Shown here: positions 18,198 to 25,581 of the stretch, in pieces
Numbering within the stretch: the first letter of the stretch is position 1
Layout of the letters: every line of letters begins with the position of its first letter
Virus record (IMG/VR): IMGVR_UViG_3300047479_000009
Location: 1-37,848 of that record
Origin: a virus
Lineage: Duplodnaviria; Caudoviricetes
Length of the DNA stretch: 37,848 bases
Direction: 5' to 3' (one strand)
Position numbers and translations under genes: made by a program
Notes under the pieces: model-generated
What the model was told of the DNA's origin: nothing
Database searches by the model: none
What the model saw: the letters and a program-made list of their open reading frames with translations, nothing else

Positions 18198-18719
18198 ATG
18201 ACTGACGAAAGAAGGAAGAAACGACTAAAGACGCTAATAGACGAGCGGTTTAGTGGTAGCCAGCGGCTTCTAACCGAGGCTATGGGATGGTCGAGTGGGA
18301 GAAGCTCTCAGCTTCTTAGCGATAAGTACCCGTTTGGCGAAGATGCAGCCAAAAAGATCATTGAAAAGCTAGAGCTAGACGAGGATTACTTTGATAGAGA
18401 CGCAGGAGAAGCAAAGCCAGCCGCACCTGTGCTTGAAAAGCAAGACATGGCTATGGCCCTGTTTAACGCTTACACGGCGCTAGTCAAAGTTCTAAGCAAG
18501 AACGGTGCGCTACATGTTGCAGACCTATCCAACGAGATAGGAAACACACTAGACTTTAGACGGTCGAATGGGATTGAGTCAGCAGATCAGAACCACATGC
18601 TGGAGCTTGTCTACAAATCGGTTCTGCAAATTGAAAAGTTTGAATCTGACCTTGCAGCTCTAAAAGCTGACTTTGATAAGAAGCTTCAAGACTTGCACAA
18701 GCCTCCTCGTACTGAGTAG
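18198..18719 (+). CDS. cI: CI-like repressor (N-terminal HTH, no S24 peptidase domain)
   Basis: R...L..LI.ERF.GSQ..L...MG.S....SQLL......GE..A.KI..KL.L...YFD. The C-terminal half is helical, with no recognisable Ser/Lys dyad motifs. Confidence 0.8.
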   Translation: MTDERRKKRLKTLIDERFSGSQRLLTEAMGWSSGRSSQLLSDKYPFGEDAAKKIIEKLELDEDYFDRDAGEAKPAAPVLEKQDMAMALFNAYTALVKVLSKNGALHVADLSNEIGNTLDFRRSNGIESADQNHMLELVYKSVLQIEKFESDLAALKADFDKKLQDLHKPPRTE

Positions 18720-18738
18720 CAATCATAAATTCTGTCAT
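18556..18738 (-). CDS. 60-aa ORF antisense to the cI 3' end, candidate SOS-induced antirepressor
   Basis: GGTGAGGT-AAAAAA-ATG RBS and an upstream TTGCGT-17-GATAAT promoter overlapped by a LexA-type box. Confidence 0.5.
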   Translation of the reverse strand: MTEFMIATQYEEACASLEASYQSQLLELQGQIQTFQFAEPICRQAPACGSDLLTQSHSTV

Positions 18739-18758
18739 TTTTTTACCTCACCTAAGAG

Positions 18759-18790
18759 CTGATTATCCGTACAGCCTTTAGTGAACGCAA
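18759..18790 (-). promoter_or_regulatory. Sigma70-type promoter TTGCGT-17-GATAAT overlapped by SOS box CTGTACGGATAATCAG (18759-18774)
   Basis: CTG-N10-CAG with a CTGTA half-site, matching the beta/gammaproteobacterial LexA consensus. It covers the -10 element. Confidence 0.6.
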
Positions 18791-18833
18791 GAGAGCAAGT
18801 TGTGGATAAGTAAGTTTTTTGAAAGCGTTAAAA

Positions 18834-19001
18834 ATGAACTTCTTTTGGGCGGCTGTATGGGCTGCAGTCGGCTTCTGGATATGGCCTACAGGGATAACAG
18901 ACACACCCTTTGCACAGCTAACCTTAAGCATGTTGGGTGCAGCTTTGGTGTCAGTTGTGTCATTCGTAGCCTGCTTCAACAACATGATTGAAGGCAAGTA
19001 G
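18834..19001 (+). CDS. Small membrane protein (two hydrophobic segments) in the cI transcription unit
   Basis: MNFFWAAVWAAVGFWIW...LSMLGAALVSVVSFVACF. Confidence 0.55.
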   Translation: MNFFWAAVWAAVGFWIWPTGITDTPFAQLTLSMLGAALVSVVSFVACFNNMIEGK

Positions 19002-19002
19002 C

Positions 19003-19206
19003 ATGACGGAAGACGAATCAGCTATCTACTACCGCTGCCTTAACTGCGGCTCTGAACGCATCAAGATCACCGGAGAGCCTAAGTTCGCTGACAATAACAT
19101 CGTCACCTGTACCGTCTGCGGGAACTTTTGGACAAAACGAGATTTTGATCAAGCCAACTTTGAGGCAGTGAGCAAGCTGCTCAACGTAGACGGAAAACCC
19201 AACTGA
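19003..19206 (+). CDS. Small zinc-ribbon protein
   Basis: CLNCGS...CTVCGN (two CxxC motifs), with an AAGG RBS. Confidence 0.65.
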   Translation: MTEDESAIYYRCLNCGSERIKITGEPKFADNNIVTCTVCGNFWTKRDFDQANFEAVSKLLNVDGKPN

Positions 19207-19293
19207 AACTCCGCTGTTGATCAATGAGGTGTGAATCCCTCCGATCTGCGACCATAGTTTCGTAGTGTCAGCACCAATCATTTAGCACTCCAT

Positions 19294-19320
19294 GCCCTCC
19301 TAGCGAGGGCTTTTTGTTTT
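19294..19320 (+). terminator. Intrinsic terminator of the cI operon
   Basis: GCCCTC-CTAGC-GAGGGC-TTTTTGTTTT. Confidence 0.85.
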
Positions 19321-19727
19321 CCAACGAGTCCCCTACTGTCTTTACCCTGTATCTACTACTTAAGAACTTTCCCTTGGTGGATTGTTTAGGGTGCAGCAAG
19401 CTAACCCTACCTAAAGAGTACTTACTGCGTCTTTCCCTCGGAGCCATTGCCTGAGAGCTTGGAACTGGACAAGTCAACCTGCCAGAACATCCGAATCCTT
19501 AAGCGGGGATTGACCCACTCCTACCAGGCGATTCAGTCACGCTAAAACCTGTCTATCCCCTTGGCCCTGCTTGGGATTAGCAGCTTGTACGCAGTCGTCC
19601 AATACAAGCGCTGAAAGCAAAAAAACCTCTAGTTCCTGCTTTCATAGGCTCGCACCCTATTGCCATTGAAGGCAGAAAGCAGAGGCTAGAGGCTTCTGCA
19701 CGTCTACTGGTGCGAGCATTAGACGTT
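19321..19727 (-). ncRNA. Putative structured non-coding RNA (about 108-nt terminated form, about 400-nt read-through form)
   Basis: No convincing ORF. Many hairpins, complementary loops CTCGCAC/GTGCGAG, a U7 tract, and an upstream TAGACT-18-TAAAAT promoter. Confidence 0.55.
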
Positions 19728-19731
19728 AAGG

Positions 19732-19827
19732 ATTTTACTTGAGTTCTTAGCTACAAGTCTAATAACCTTACTTTTAGCTCAACTTCTCTTAATTCTGCTT
19801 GCATTGTTTCTTAGCTACAACTAAGAT
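19732..19827. promoter_or_regulatory. OL-like region: pL (plus strand TTGCAT-17-TAAGAT, 19799-19827), a divergent minus promoter (19761..19732), and operators at 19746 and 19810
   Basis: CTTAGCTACAACTAAG at 19810-19825 and CTTAGCTACAAGTCTA at 19746-19761. Same -10/operator overlap as at pR. Confidence 0.75.
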
Positions 19828-19862
19828 AACCACATTGCAGCAAACAACGAAGGGGTGAAGAA

Positions 19863-20228
19863 ATGTACGAACCGACAACCGCCTGGGACAGAGCACCGAC
19901 TGACAAAGAGCTTGAAAACTTCTACGGCAAGCCAGCTAAGACTGACGTGCGTGACAGCTACTTTGAAGTGCTGACAGAAAGCATTCGCAAGGTGCCTGCC
20001 GCCAATCTGGCACTTGTGTACTACAGCAGTTCAAAGAATGGCCTTGCTCAGTATTCCGTGCCTGAAGTAGTCACTGACTACGGCACTGATCCCAAGCCTC
20101 TGGAAGCCCTTCTGGCGGTGCTTGAGAAGTCCGACTGCCCACTGGTGCAAAAGTACCGCGAAGCCCTGGCAGAGCATTTTGCAGATCGCAACGCTGACGA
20201 AGTTGAATATTTCAAGAGCGAGGACTGA
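19863..20228 (+). CDS. Hypothetical early protein (first gene of the pL operon)
   Basis: 121 aa with an AGGGGTG RBS. Confidence 0.75.
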   Translation: MYEPTTAWDRAPTDKELENFYGKPAKTDVRDSYFEVLTESIRKVPAANLALVYYSSSKNGLAQYSVPEVVTDYGTDPKPLEALLAVLEKSDCPLVQKYREALAEHFADRNADEVEYFKSED

Positions 20229-20231
20229 GCC

Positions 20232-20453
20232 ATGTTGACAGCACCTTACATGGCTTATCGCAGCTACGAAATGAGTCCTTCTTACCTATCAGCAGTGAGC
20301 AACGAAACAAAGCCTAGCTTGGTTTCTGCTCCTGTTGACTTCAACGACATAAGCGCACCTGAAACCATGCCAGCAGGTTGCGTCCGTAGCTATCAAACAG
20401 GCGACGGTACTTTTATTGACTTGGCAAAAAGCTTTCGTAGGGGTGCAGCATGA
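20232..20453 (+). CDS. Hypothetical early protein
   Basis: 73 aa with a GAGG RBS and an ATGA overlap. Confidence 0.6.
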   Translation: MLTAPYMAYRSYEMSPSYLSAVSNETKPSLVSAPVDFNDISAPETMPAGCVRSYQTGDGTFIDLAKSFRRGAA

Positions 20454-20545
20454 AACGATACCTCCGCGAGTTGTGCGAGGCAATGGGCATAGCTTGCCTA
20501 TTTGCCGCACCTTGGATTGCTTACTTCCTAAACATGAAACCGTGA
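20450..20545 (+). CDS. 31-aa membrane peptide (not in ORF track)
   Basis: MKRYLRELCEAMGIACLFAAPWIAYFLNMKP*, with an ATGA overlap. Confidence 0.55.
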   Translation: MKRYLRELCEAMGIACLFAAPWIAYFLNMKP

Positions 20546-20553
20546 GGCCAGCC

Positions 20554-21477
20554 ATGAATATCCAAACTGAATTTATCAACCCGCCAATCCCCGTAAGGAA
20601 GTTTGATTGGACAGCTATCGACGTTGATAGCTACGACGAAGAAACCGGAGAGCCTACAGGATACGGACAAACGGAAGAGGCAGCTATCGCTCACTTAATG
20701 GGCAAGTTGGGTGCTACGTGTGAAGACGTTGCCTATGAGCTTGCAGGCCGTGGTTTCAGTGACGCACAAATCGCAAAAGTTATGAATGAAGGAGTTTGTA
20801 TGAAAGTCTATCAAGCAATTAACGCAGTACAAGGCGAGTTGGCAAAGATTGGAATTGCCAAAGACGGGCATAACTCGCAAGGCGCTGGCTACAAGTTTCG
20901 CGGCATTGACGCTGTTTACAACACCATTGCACCGCTGCTTTCTAAGCATGGCCTGTGCATTCTGCCTCGCGTACTTACAAGACAAGTTGACGAGCGCCAG
21001 AGCAAGAACGGCGGCGCATTGTTTTACGTCACTGTGGAGGTGGAGTTTGATTTTGTAGCGTCTGAGGACGGATCTAAACACACCGTAAAGACGTTTGGCG
21101 AGGCAATGGATAGTGGAGACAAGGCTACCAATAAAGCCATGTCTGCGGCCTACAAATACGCTGCATTCCAAGCCTTCAGCATACCGACAGAAGGCGACAA
21201 CGACGCAGACGCACATACACACGAAGTAGCTACAAAGAAGGTACAGGCAATCAAGCAACCTGCGCTCGGTGGCATTGGTGACGATTTGACACCAAAGCAA
21301 CGTGATCACCTTCAGTCACTTGCTGCATGGATCACCGACAACGCAGACGATCCACAGATTGTTAGCGAAGAGTTGAAGGTGCAAAGCCTTGACGAAACGC
21401 AACTTCTGTTTGTGCAAAGTTTCCTGTCTCCAACAGTGCGTAAAGCACTTGGAATGACATACAAAAAAGCCGCTTAA
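20554..21477 (+). CDS. erf: ERF-family ssDNA annealing protein (ERF domain from 20800) with an in-frame 82-aa N-terminal module
   Basis: Y.FRGIDAVYN...PLL.KHGL and GEAMDSGDKATNKAMSAAYKYA.FQ.F.IPT..D.DAD motifs. Confidence 0.85.
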   Translation: MNIQTEFINPPIPVRKFDWTAIDVDSYDEETGEPTGYGQTEEAAIAHLMGKLGATCEDVAYELAGRGFSDAQIAKVMNEGVCMKVYQAINAVQGELAKIGIAKDGHNSQGAGYKFRGIDAVYNTIAPLLSKHGLCILPRVLTRQVDERQSKNGGALFYVTVEVEFDFVASEDGSKHTVKTFGEAMDSGDKATNKAMSAAYKYAAFQAFSIPTEGDNDADAHTHEVATKKVQAIKQPALGGIGDDLTPKQRDHLQSLAAWITDNADDPQIVSEELKVQSLDETQLLFVQSFLSPTVRKALGMTYKKAA

Positions 21478-21494
21478 CTTAACCGAAAGACGAT

Positions 21495-21851
21495 ATGCAT
21501 ATCACCATTGAACACATTGACGGAAAGTACCCGTCCTTTAACGTAGCACTGTCCAGCAAAGAAGGCACACAACCTTTCTTGGTTGTTAAGGGTTGCCGCA
21601 TTGTTGACGGACAGAATGGGCAGTTTGTTAGCGGCCCTGCTACAAAGAATCAGACAAGCGGAAAGTATTGGAATCACACCTACTTTAGCGAGCCTTTTGC
21701 CGCTGCTGTACTTGATAAAGCTCTTGGCAACGATTCACCAGCACCTGCACAGAAGACGTTTAAGTCAGCAAGCCAGGACGCATTCAAGGCCCGCCAGTTG
21801 CCTAAGCATAAACAAGATTTTGACGTTATGTCGGACGAACCCCCGTTTTGA
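21495..21851 (+). CDS. SpoVG-like probable single-stranded DNA-binding protein
   Basis: VKGCRIVDG.NG.FVS.P...GKY pattern, an SSB-like acidic tail DEPPF, and a position next to erf. Confidence 0.65.
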   Translation: MHITIEHIDGKYPSFNVALSSKEGTQPFLVVKGCRIVDGQNGQFVSGPATKNQTSGKYWNHTYFSEPFAAAVLDKALGNDSPAPAQKTFKSASQDAFKARQLPKHKQDFDVMSDEPPF

Positions 21852-21944
21852 TCGTGCGCGATTTTCTATCCATGTATCACCTGCTCCGGCGTAACGGCTG
21901 GAGCGCACTACCAGCAATCAAGAGAGCTTGGAAGATTAGTCGCC

Positions 21945-22412
21945 ATGCGTAAACGTAGCAGTTACCGCCCTAAACCTGTACGTGCTGACGCTGTTAGTTG
22001 GGTGCTGGCAGGTATGAAACCAATGCGGGACGTACCAGCTACAACCACGCTCAGATTGCGCAATCACTTGGCTCTTGAGTCCTTGTTGAAAGGCACTGGC
22101 ACTAGGGCTGACGTTGATTTGATTATTGGTGCTTTGAATATGTGTGAAGTCCTAGCTTTATGGGGCAAAGGTGACGATTACAGAGCCGAGATTTCAGCAG
22201 CACAAGACGCATTGTTTGCAATGGCTGTACGTGGTGCTAAGACAGGGCGATTCTTGTTTACCGGCCCTGAAATGCAAGCAGTGAAACTTGGAATGGAGAT
22301 ACATGACGCGCAGCTAGACGTGTCTTTAGTCTCAGATATTGAGAAGGCTACGGACTACGTTTTTCATGCAATAGCAAACAAGAAAGCAAAGGTAATTCGT
22401 GAGTACGTCTAA
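21945..22412 (+). CDS. Hypothetical protein
   Basis: 155 aa with a basic N-terminus, MRKRSSYRPKPV. Confidence 0.75.
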   Translation: MRKRSSYRPKPVRADAVSWVLAGMKPMRDVPATTTLRLRNHLALESLLKGTGTRADVDLIIGALNMCEVLALWGKGDDYRAEISAAQDALFAMAVRGAKTGRFLFTGPEMQAVKLGMEIHDAQLDVSLVSDIEKATDYVFHAIANKKAKVIREYV

Positions 22413-22749
22413 AGAAAATGGCAAGCCAGGACGGGTGTGCAACGTGTGTAAAGAGTGGCACCCGTATGACAACTTGGTTAGCGCTAAGGGAAATAACGCG
22501 CACAGCACTGGCTACCGTCCACTGTGCAAGCCTTGCCGCAAGCTGAAACAGCACCAATACCGTGCTGAAAACCTTGGATTCAAGTCTCCGCTACCAGTGA
22601 AGGTGCCGAACAAGTGGGCACAAGAGCCGCTACCAAATCAGTCGCCAGGGCAACTGATTAACAAAATGGTAGGTGTGTATGTACCGCCGCCAAGCTACGT
22701 CAGGAATGACGGTTTAAAGCACATTCCTTCAAGGGGTTTTCCATGCTAG
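22399..22749 (+). CDS. Zinc-finger-containing hypothetical protein
   Basis: CNVCK...CKPC motifs. Confidence 0.65.
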   Translation: MSTSKENGKPGRVCNVCKEWHPYDNLVSAKGNNAHSTGYRPLCKPCRKLKQHQYRAENLGFKSPLPVKVPNKWAQEPLPNQSPGQLINKMVGVYVPPPSYVRNDGLKHIPSRGFPC

Positions 22750-22946
22750 ACAACGTAAACCACCCTAAGCACTACACAGCACACCCTAGCGGGATTGAGT
22801 GTGTGCAGATTACCGAGCATATGAATTTCTGCTTGGGTAACGCTGTTAAGTACATATGGCGGGCTGACTTGAAAGCAGACGCTATTGAAGATTTGAAAAA
22901 AGCCGCTTGGTATATCGAGCGCGAGATTCAACGGAGAACGAAATGA
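22743..22946 (+). CDS. DUF3310 family protein (T7 gp1.7-like nucleotide kinase)
   Basis: VNHPKHYT....IEC......NFCLGNAVKYIWRA..K....EDLKKA.WYI.REI. Confidence 0.9.
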   Translation: MLDNVNHPKHYTAHPSGIECVQITEHMNFCLGNAVKYIWRADLKADAIEDLKKAAWYIEREIQRRTK

Positions 22947-23095
22947 AAACGTATTGCAATGGAGATTGCAACCAGGGTAGGACTTGTGACTGTGGCGAGC
23001 CTTTCATTGGTAGCAACTTAGACATGGCGCTTGCCGTGGTTGTGCTGGTGTTCGTAGCGTCCTGTATCGGCTACGTGTGGGGGGGCTGGCGGTGA
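22943..23095 (+). CDS. Small Cys-rich membrane protein
   Basis: CNGDCNQGRTCDC plus a C-terminal TM helix. ATGA overlap. Confidence 0.65.
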   Translation: MKTYCNGDCNQGRTCDCGEPFIGSNLDMALAVVVLVFVASCIGYVWGGWR

Positions 23096-23400
23096 TTTGC
23101 TATTGCTGTGGTGAAGACAAGAAAACAGACTATTTTTCGTATGGGAATAAAGGCTGGACAAAGCACTGTAAAGAATGTGGCGAGTGGCTACGGTTGTTTA
23201 AAGCACGCTTCGGCCCGTCCTTTGAATCGACAGAGCGCATGGGTAGGAAGTCATTGGACATGATTCGCAAAGAAGAAGCGCAGGAGAAAGTGGCGCAGTT
23301 GTATAGCGTGTTCGGGATTCAGTTTCCAGTCGAGCAACAAACAGTCGAGGTGCGTACTGTGTTGGCTGACGCGCCCTGGCCTTACAAGGAGGCAGCATGA
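23092..23400 (+). CDS. Hypothetical zinc-finger protein
   Basis: CYCC...CKEC motifs. Likely GTG start at a GTGA overlap. Confidence 0.6.
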   Translation: MICYCCGEDKKTDYFSYGNKGWTKHCKECGEWLRLFKARFGPSFESTERMGRKSLDMIRKEEAQEKVAQLYSVFGIQFPVEQQTVEVRTVLADAPWPYKEAA

Positions 23401-23627
23401 TTAAGTTACCAGAGCAGTGCAATTTGGCTTTGGTTTCAAACTACCAAGGTCAAGGTGAGTATCGCAATCTGTCATACGAACACTGCGACACAACAGCAAA
23501 GTATTCTGAAAAACAGATGCGCCAAGCAATCCGCGATGCGCTGGAGGAAGCACTGAACTGCTACTCGCAAGATGACACGGCAACCGACTACCTAGACAAA
23601 ATCTTTGAACTGAAGGAATCCGTATGA
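23397..23627 (+). CDS. Hypothetical modular protein (MIKLP N-terminus)
   Basis: 76 aa with an AGGAGG RBS. Its first 15 nt are identical to those of the gene at 25578. Confidence 0.7.
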   Translation: MIKLPEQCNLALVSNYQGQGEYRNLSYEHCDTTAKYSEKQMRQAIRDALEEALNCYSQDDTATDYLDKIFELKESV

Positions 23628-23779
23628 CCAAACAAGAACTACTGCAAATCATGCGCTTGCTATCGGCGCTTGAATCAGCATTGATGTACGACAGACAAGG
23701 CTCTACTCGCATTCCTGACTACCTGCTGGAAGACTTGGAAACCTGCACAGGTTTGATTGAACGGGAGATATTGAAATGA
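23624..23779 (+). CDS. 51-aa hypothetical protein (not in ORF track)
   Basis: MTKQELLQIMRLLSALES...EREILK*, with ATGA overlaps at both ends. Confidence 0.7.
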   Translation: MTKQELLQIMRLLSALESALMYDRQGSTRIPDYLLEDLETCTGLIEREILK

Positions 23780-24423
23780 CAGACGCAGAAACACTGGCAA
23801 CCCAAATCGACCAAGGCGACTTCTCAATGAGTGACCTGCAACGTGCCGCAGAACTACTCCGTCAGCAGGCGGCTGATATAGCAAACCTGCACACTGTGAT
23901 GATGGCCGCTGCGGTTGAGATTAGTGAGCATTGGGAGGCGCACTGTGACAGCGAGGGATATGGACCTGCCAATCTGGTTCGTCGCTTGGAGAACGGGTTT
24001 CCAGAGCAGTACGGCTATGACGCGCAGACAATAGTGCGGATGCAGAAACAGCTTGATGAACAAGCGGCTGAGATAGAGCGACTGACAAAACGAACCGAAG
24101 GAAATACAAATGGACGATGCAACTACCTTCGATTTAATTTGCATGGCGATATGGTTATGGGTGGTGACGCCAATAGTGTTGTGGGCTGTATCGAAGTTCA
24201 TTCCCTGATTGAAAAACTACAAGCTGAAATAGACAACATCAAGCTAGTGGAGTTTCCGCGCAGACTCGGCAAAGTGACTAAGCATGTCATTGCAGAGCGC
24301 GACAAACTCCGCACCTTGATCTCCAAACTCCACACGGCAAAGGGCCGCTACCACACACAACTTGCGGTGTGTGATTTGTTCGATGCCGTTGGACTAAAAA
24401 ATGAAAGGCCAGCGAATGATTGA
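23776..24423 (+). CDS. Modular coiled-coil protein (Ea22/Ead-like region)
   Basis: 215 aa with AAELLRQQAA and QAAEIERL linkers. Ends GLKNERPAND. Confidence 0.7.
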   Translation: MTDAETLATQIDQGDFSMSDLQRAAELLRQQAADIANLHTVMMAAAVEISEHWEAHCDSEGYGPANLVRRLENGFPEQYGYDAQTIVRMQKQLDEQAAEIERLTKRTEGNTNGRCNYLRFNLHGDMVMGGDANSVVGCIEVHSLIEKLQAEIDNIKLVEFPRRLGKVTKHVIAERDKLRTLISKLHTAKGRYHTQLAVCDLFDAVGLKNERPAND

Positions 24424-25444
24424 ACAAGCAAAACCGTGTGAACACTGGCTCAAAGGATTGATTAGCGGCGCATGGAAACAGCAGTGCGTGTACTGTGAGA
24501 ATGACCAACTCCGCACAGAGGTGGAGCAGTACAAAGCTGATTGGAAAGCCTGCACTGCAATGAACCGCGAGTTGCTGGCAGAAGTTGAGCGGATGCGTGT
24601 CGATGCTGAACGACTGAACTTTATCCAAGCCAACCCGAAATTAAGACTATGTAACTACAAACGTCGTTGGGCGCTTGTTGGTTTAACCAACTACGAGTAC
24701 GACACGTTTAAGACCGTGCGTGAAGCCATAGATGCTGCCATTGGCGAAACAGTCGGAATCAATGGGCTAACCACCACAGAGACTGACGCAACTGCATCAG
24801 TAATGGGGTTGGTTAAGCAGGAGCAAGCAGAGCCGGTATGGAAAGATATAGACGAATGCGATGGCTATGAGGTTTCAAGTCACGGTGATGTTAGAAACAA
24901 AAAGACTGGAAAGATATTAGCCAAGAATCTAATGGGCGCTGGTTACGTTAAAGCAGATATGTGGCTTAACGGGAAGCGTAAACAAACGTCAGTCCATCGC
25001 CTAGTTGCTACAGCCTTCCTAGGCCCGTCTGAGGGAAGAGAAGTAAACCATAAAAACGGCGACAAACAAGATAACCGTGTAGAAAACCTTGAGTGGTGCA
25101 GTAGGAGCGACAACGTAAATCACAACTACTACAAGCTAGGAGCGTTAATAAAGCCAATAAAGATTACCAACATTGAAACCGGTGAAGTGCTGCACTTCCC
25201 ATCATGCAATGAGGCAACTAGGCATGGATTCAAATCAGCAAGAATCCATGAGTGTCTTTCTGGTAAACGTGACTCGTATGGTGGTTTTATGTTTGAGTAT
25301 GACACCGCACCCCAAGGCCAAACCGCCCTGCTAAAGCAGGCTCTGAAGGCGTTGCAGGGCACAGGAACGCCCGGTGGATGCAAAGCCTATCTCCGTGAAT
25401 TAGCCGCAATCGAAGCTATCAAACAGCACTTGGGGGAAGCATGA
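24416..25444 (+). CDS. Modular protein containing a NUMOD4-HNH endonuclease domain
   Basis: WKDI....GYEVSS.G.VRN (NUMOD4) and VHRLVA.AFL......VNHKNGDKQDNRVENLEW (HNH). Start revised to 24416. Confidence 0.85.
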   Translation: MIEQAKPCEHWLKGLISGAWKQQCVYCENDQLRTEVEQYKADWKACTAMNRELLAEVERMRVDAERLNFIQANPKLRLCNYKRRWALVGLTNYEYDTFKTVREAIDAAIGETVGINGLTTTETDATASVMGLVKQEQAEPVWKDIDECDGYEVSSHGDVRNKKTGKILAKNLMGAGYVKADMWLNGKRKQTSVHRLVATAFLGPSEGREVNHKNGDKQDNRVENLEWCSRSDNVNHNYYKLGALIKPIKITNIETGEVLHFPSCNEATRHGFKSARIHECLSGKRDSYGGFMFEYDTAPQGQTALLKQALKALQGTGTPGGCKAYLRELAAIEAIKQHLGEA

Positions 25445-25581
25445 CAAACATAATCAGACTACAGCCGACAACCACGATGACCGCACAGCAGGCGCTTGAA
25501 TCAGCACTGGTTGATGCGGAATCGGATCACCTGAAAGACGTTCTTATCTGCGGATTGAAGAATGAAAGGCCAGTGAAATGA
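25441..25581 (+). CDS. 46-aa protein ending in the GLKNERP module (not in ORF track)
   Basis: MTNIIRLQPTTTMTAQQALESAL...DVLICGLKNERPVK*, with ATGA overlaps. Confidence 0.6.
   Translation: MTNIIRLQPTTTMTAQQALESALVDAESDHLKDVLICGLKNERPVK

Noticed and set aside
18853-18867. Second SOS box CTGTATGGGCTGCAG
   Set aside because: Spacing is CTG-N9-CAG (15 bp) and it lies inside a coding region.
19268-19477. 69-aa minus-strand ORF in the non-coding region
   Set aside because: TTG start with no clear RBS and no recognisable motif. It crosses the cI-operon terminator, and the region is better explained by RNA structure.
21883-21906. Hairpin GCTCCGGC-GTAACG-GCTGGAGC as a terminator or nut site
   Set aside because: No U-tract and no boxA nearby, so a function cannot be supported.
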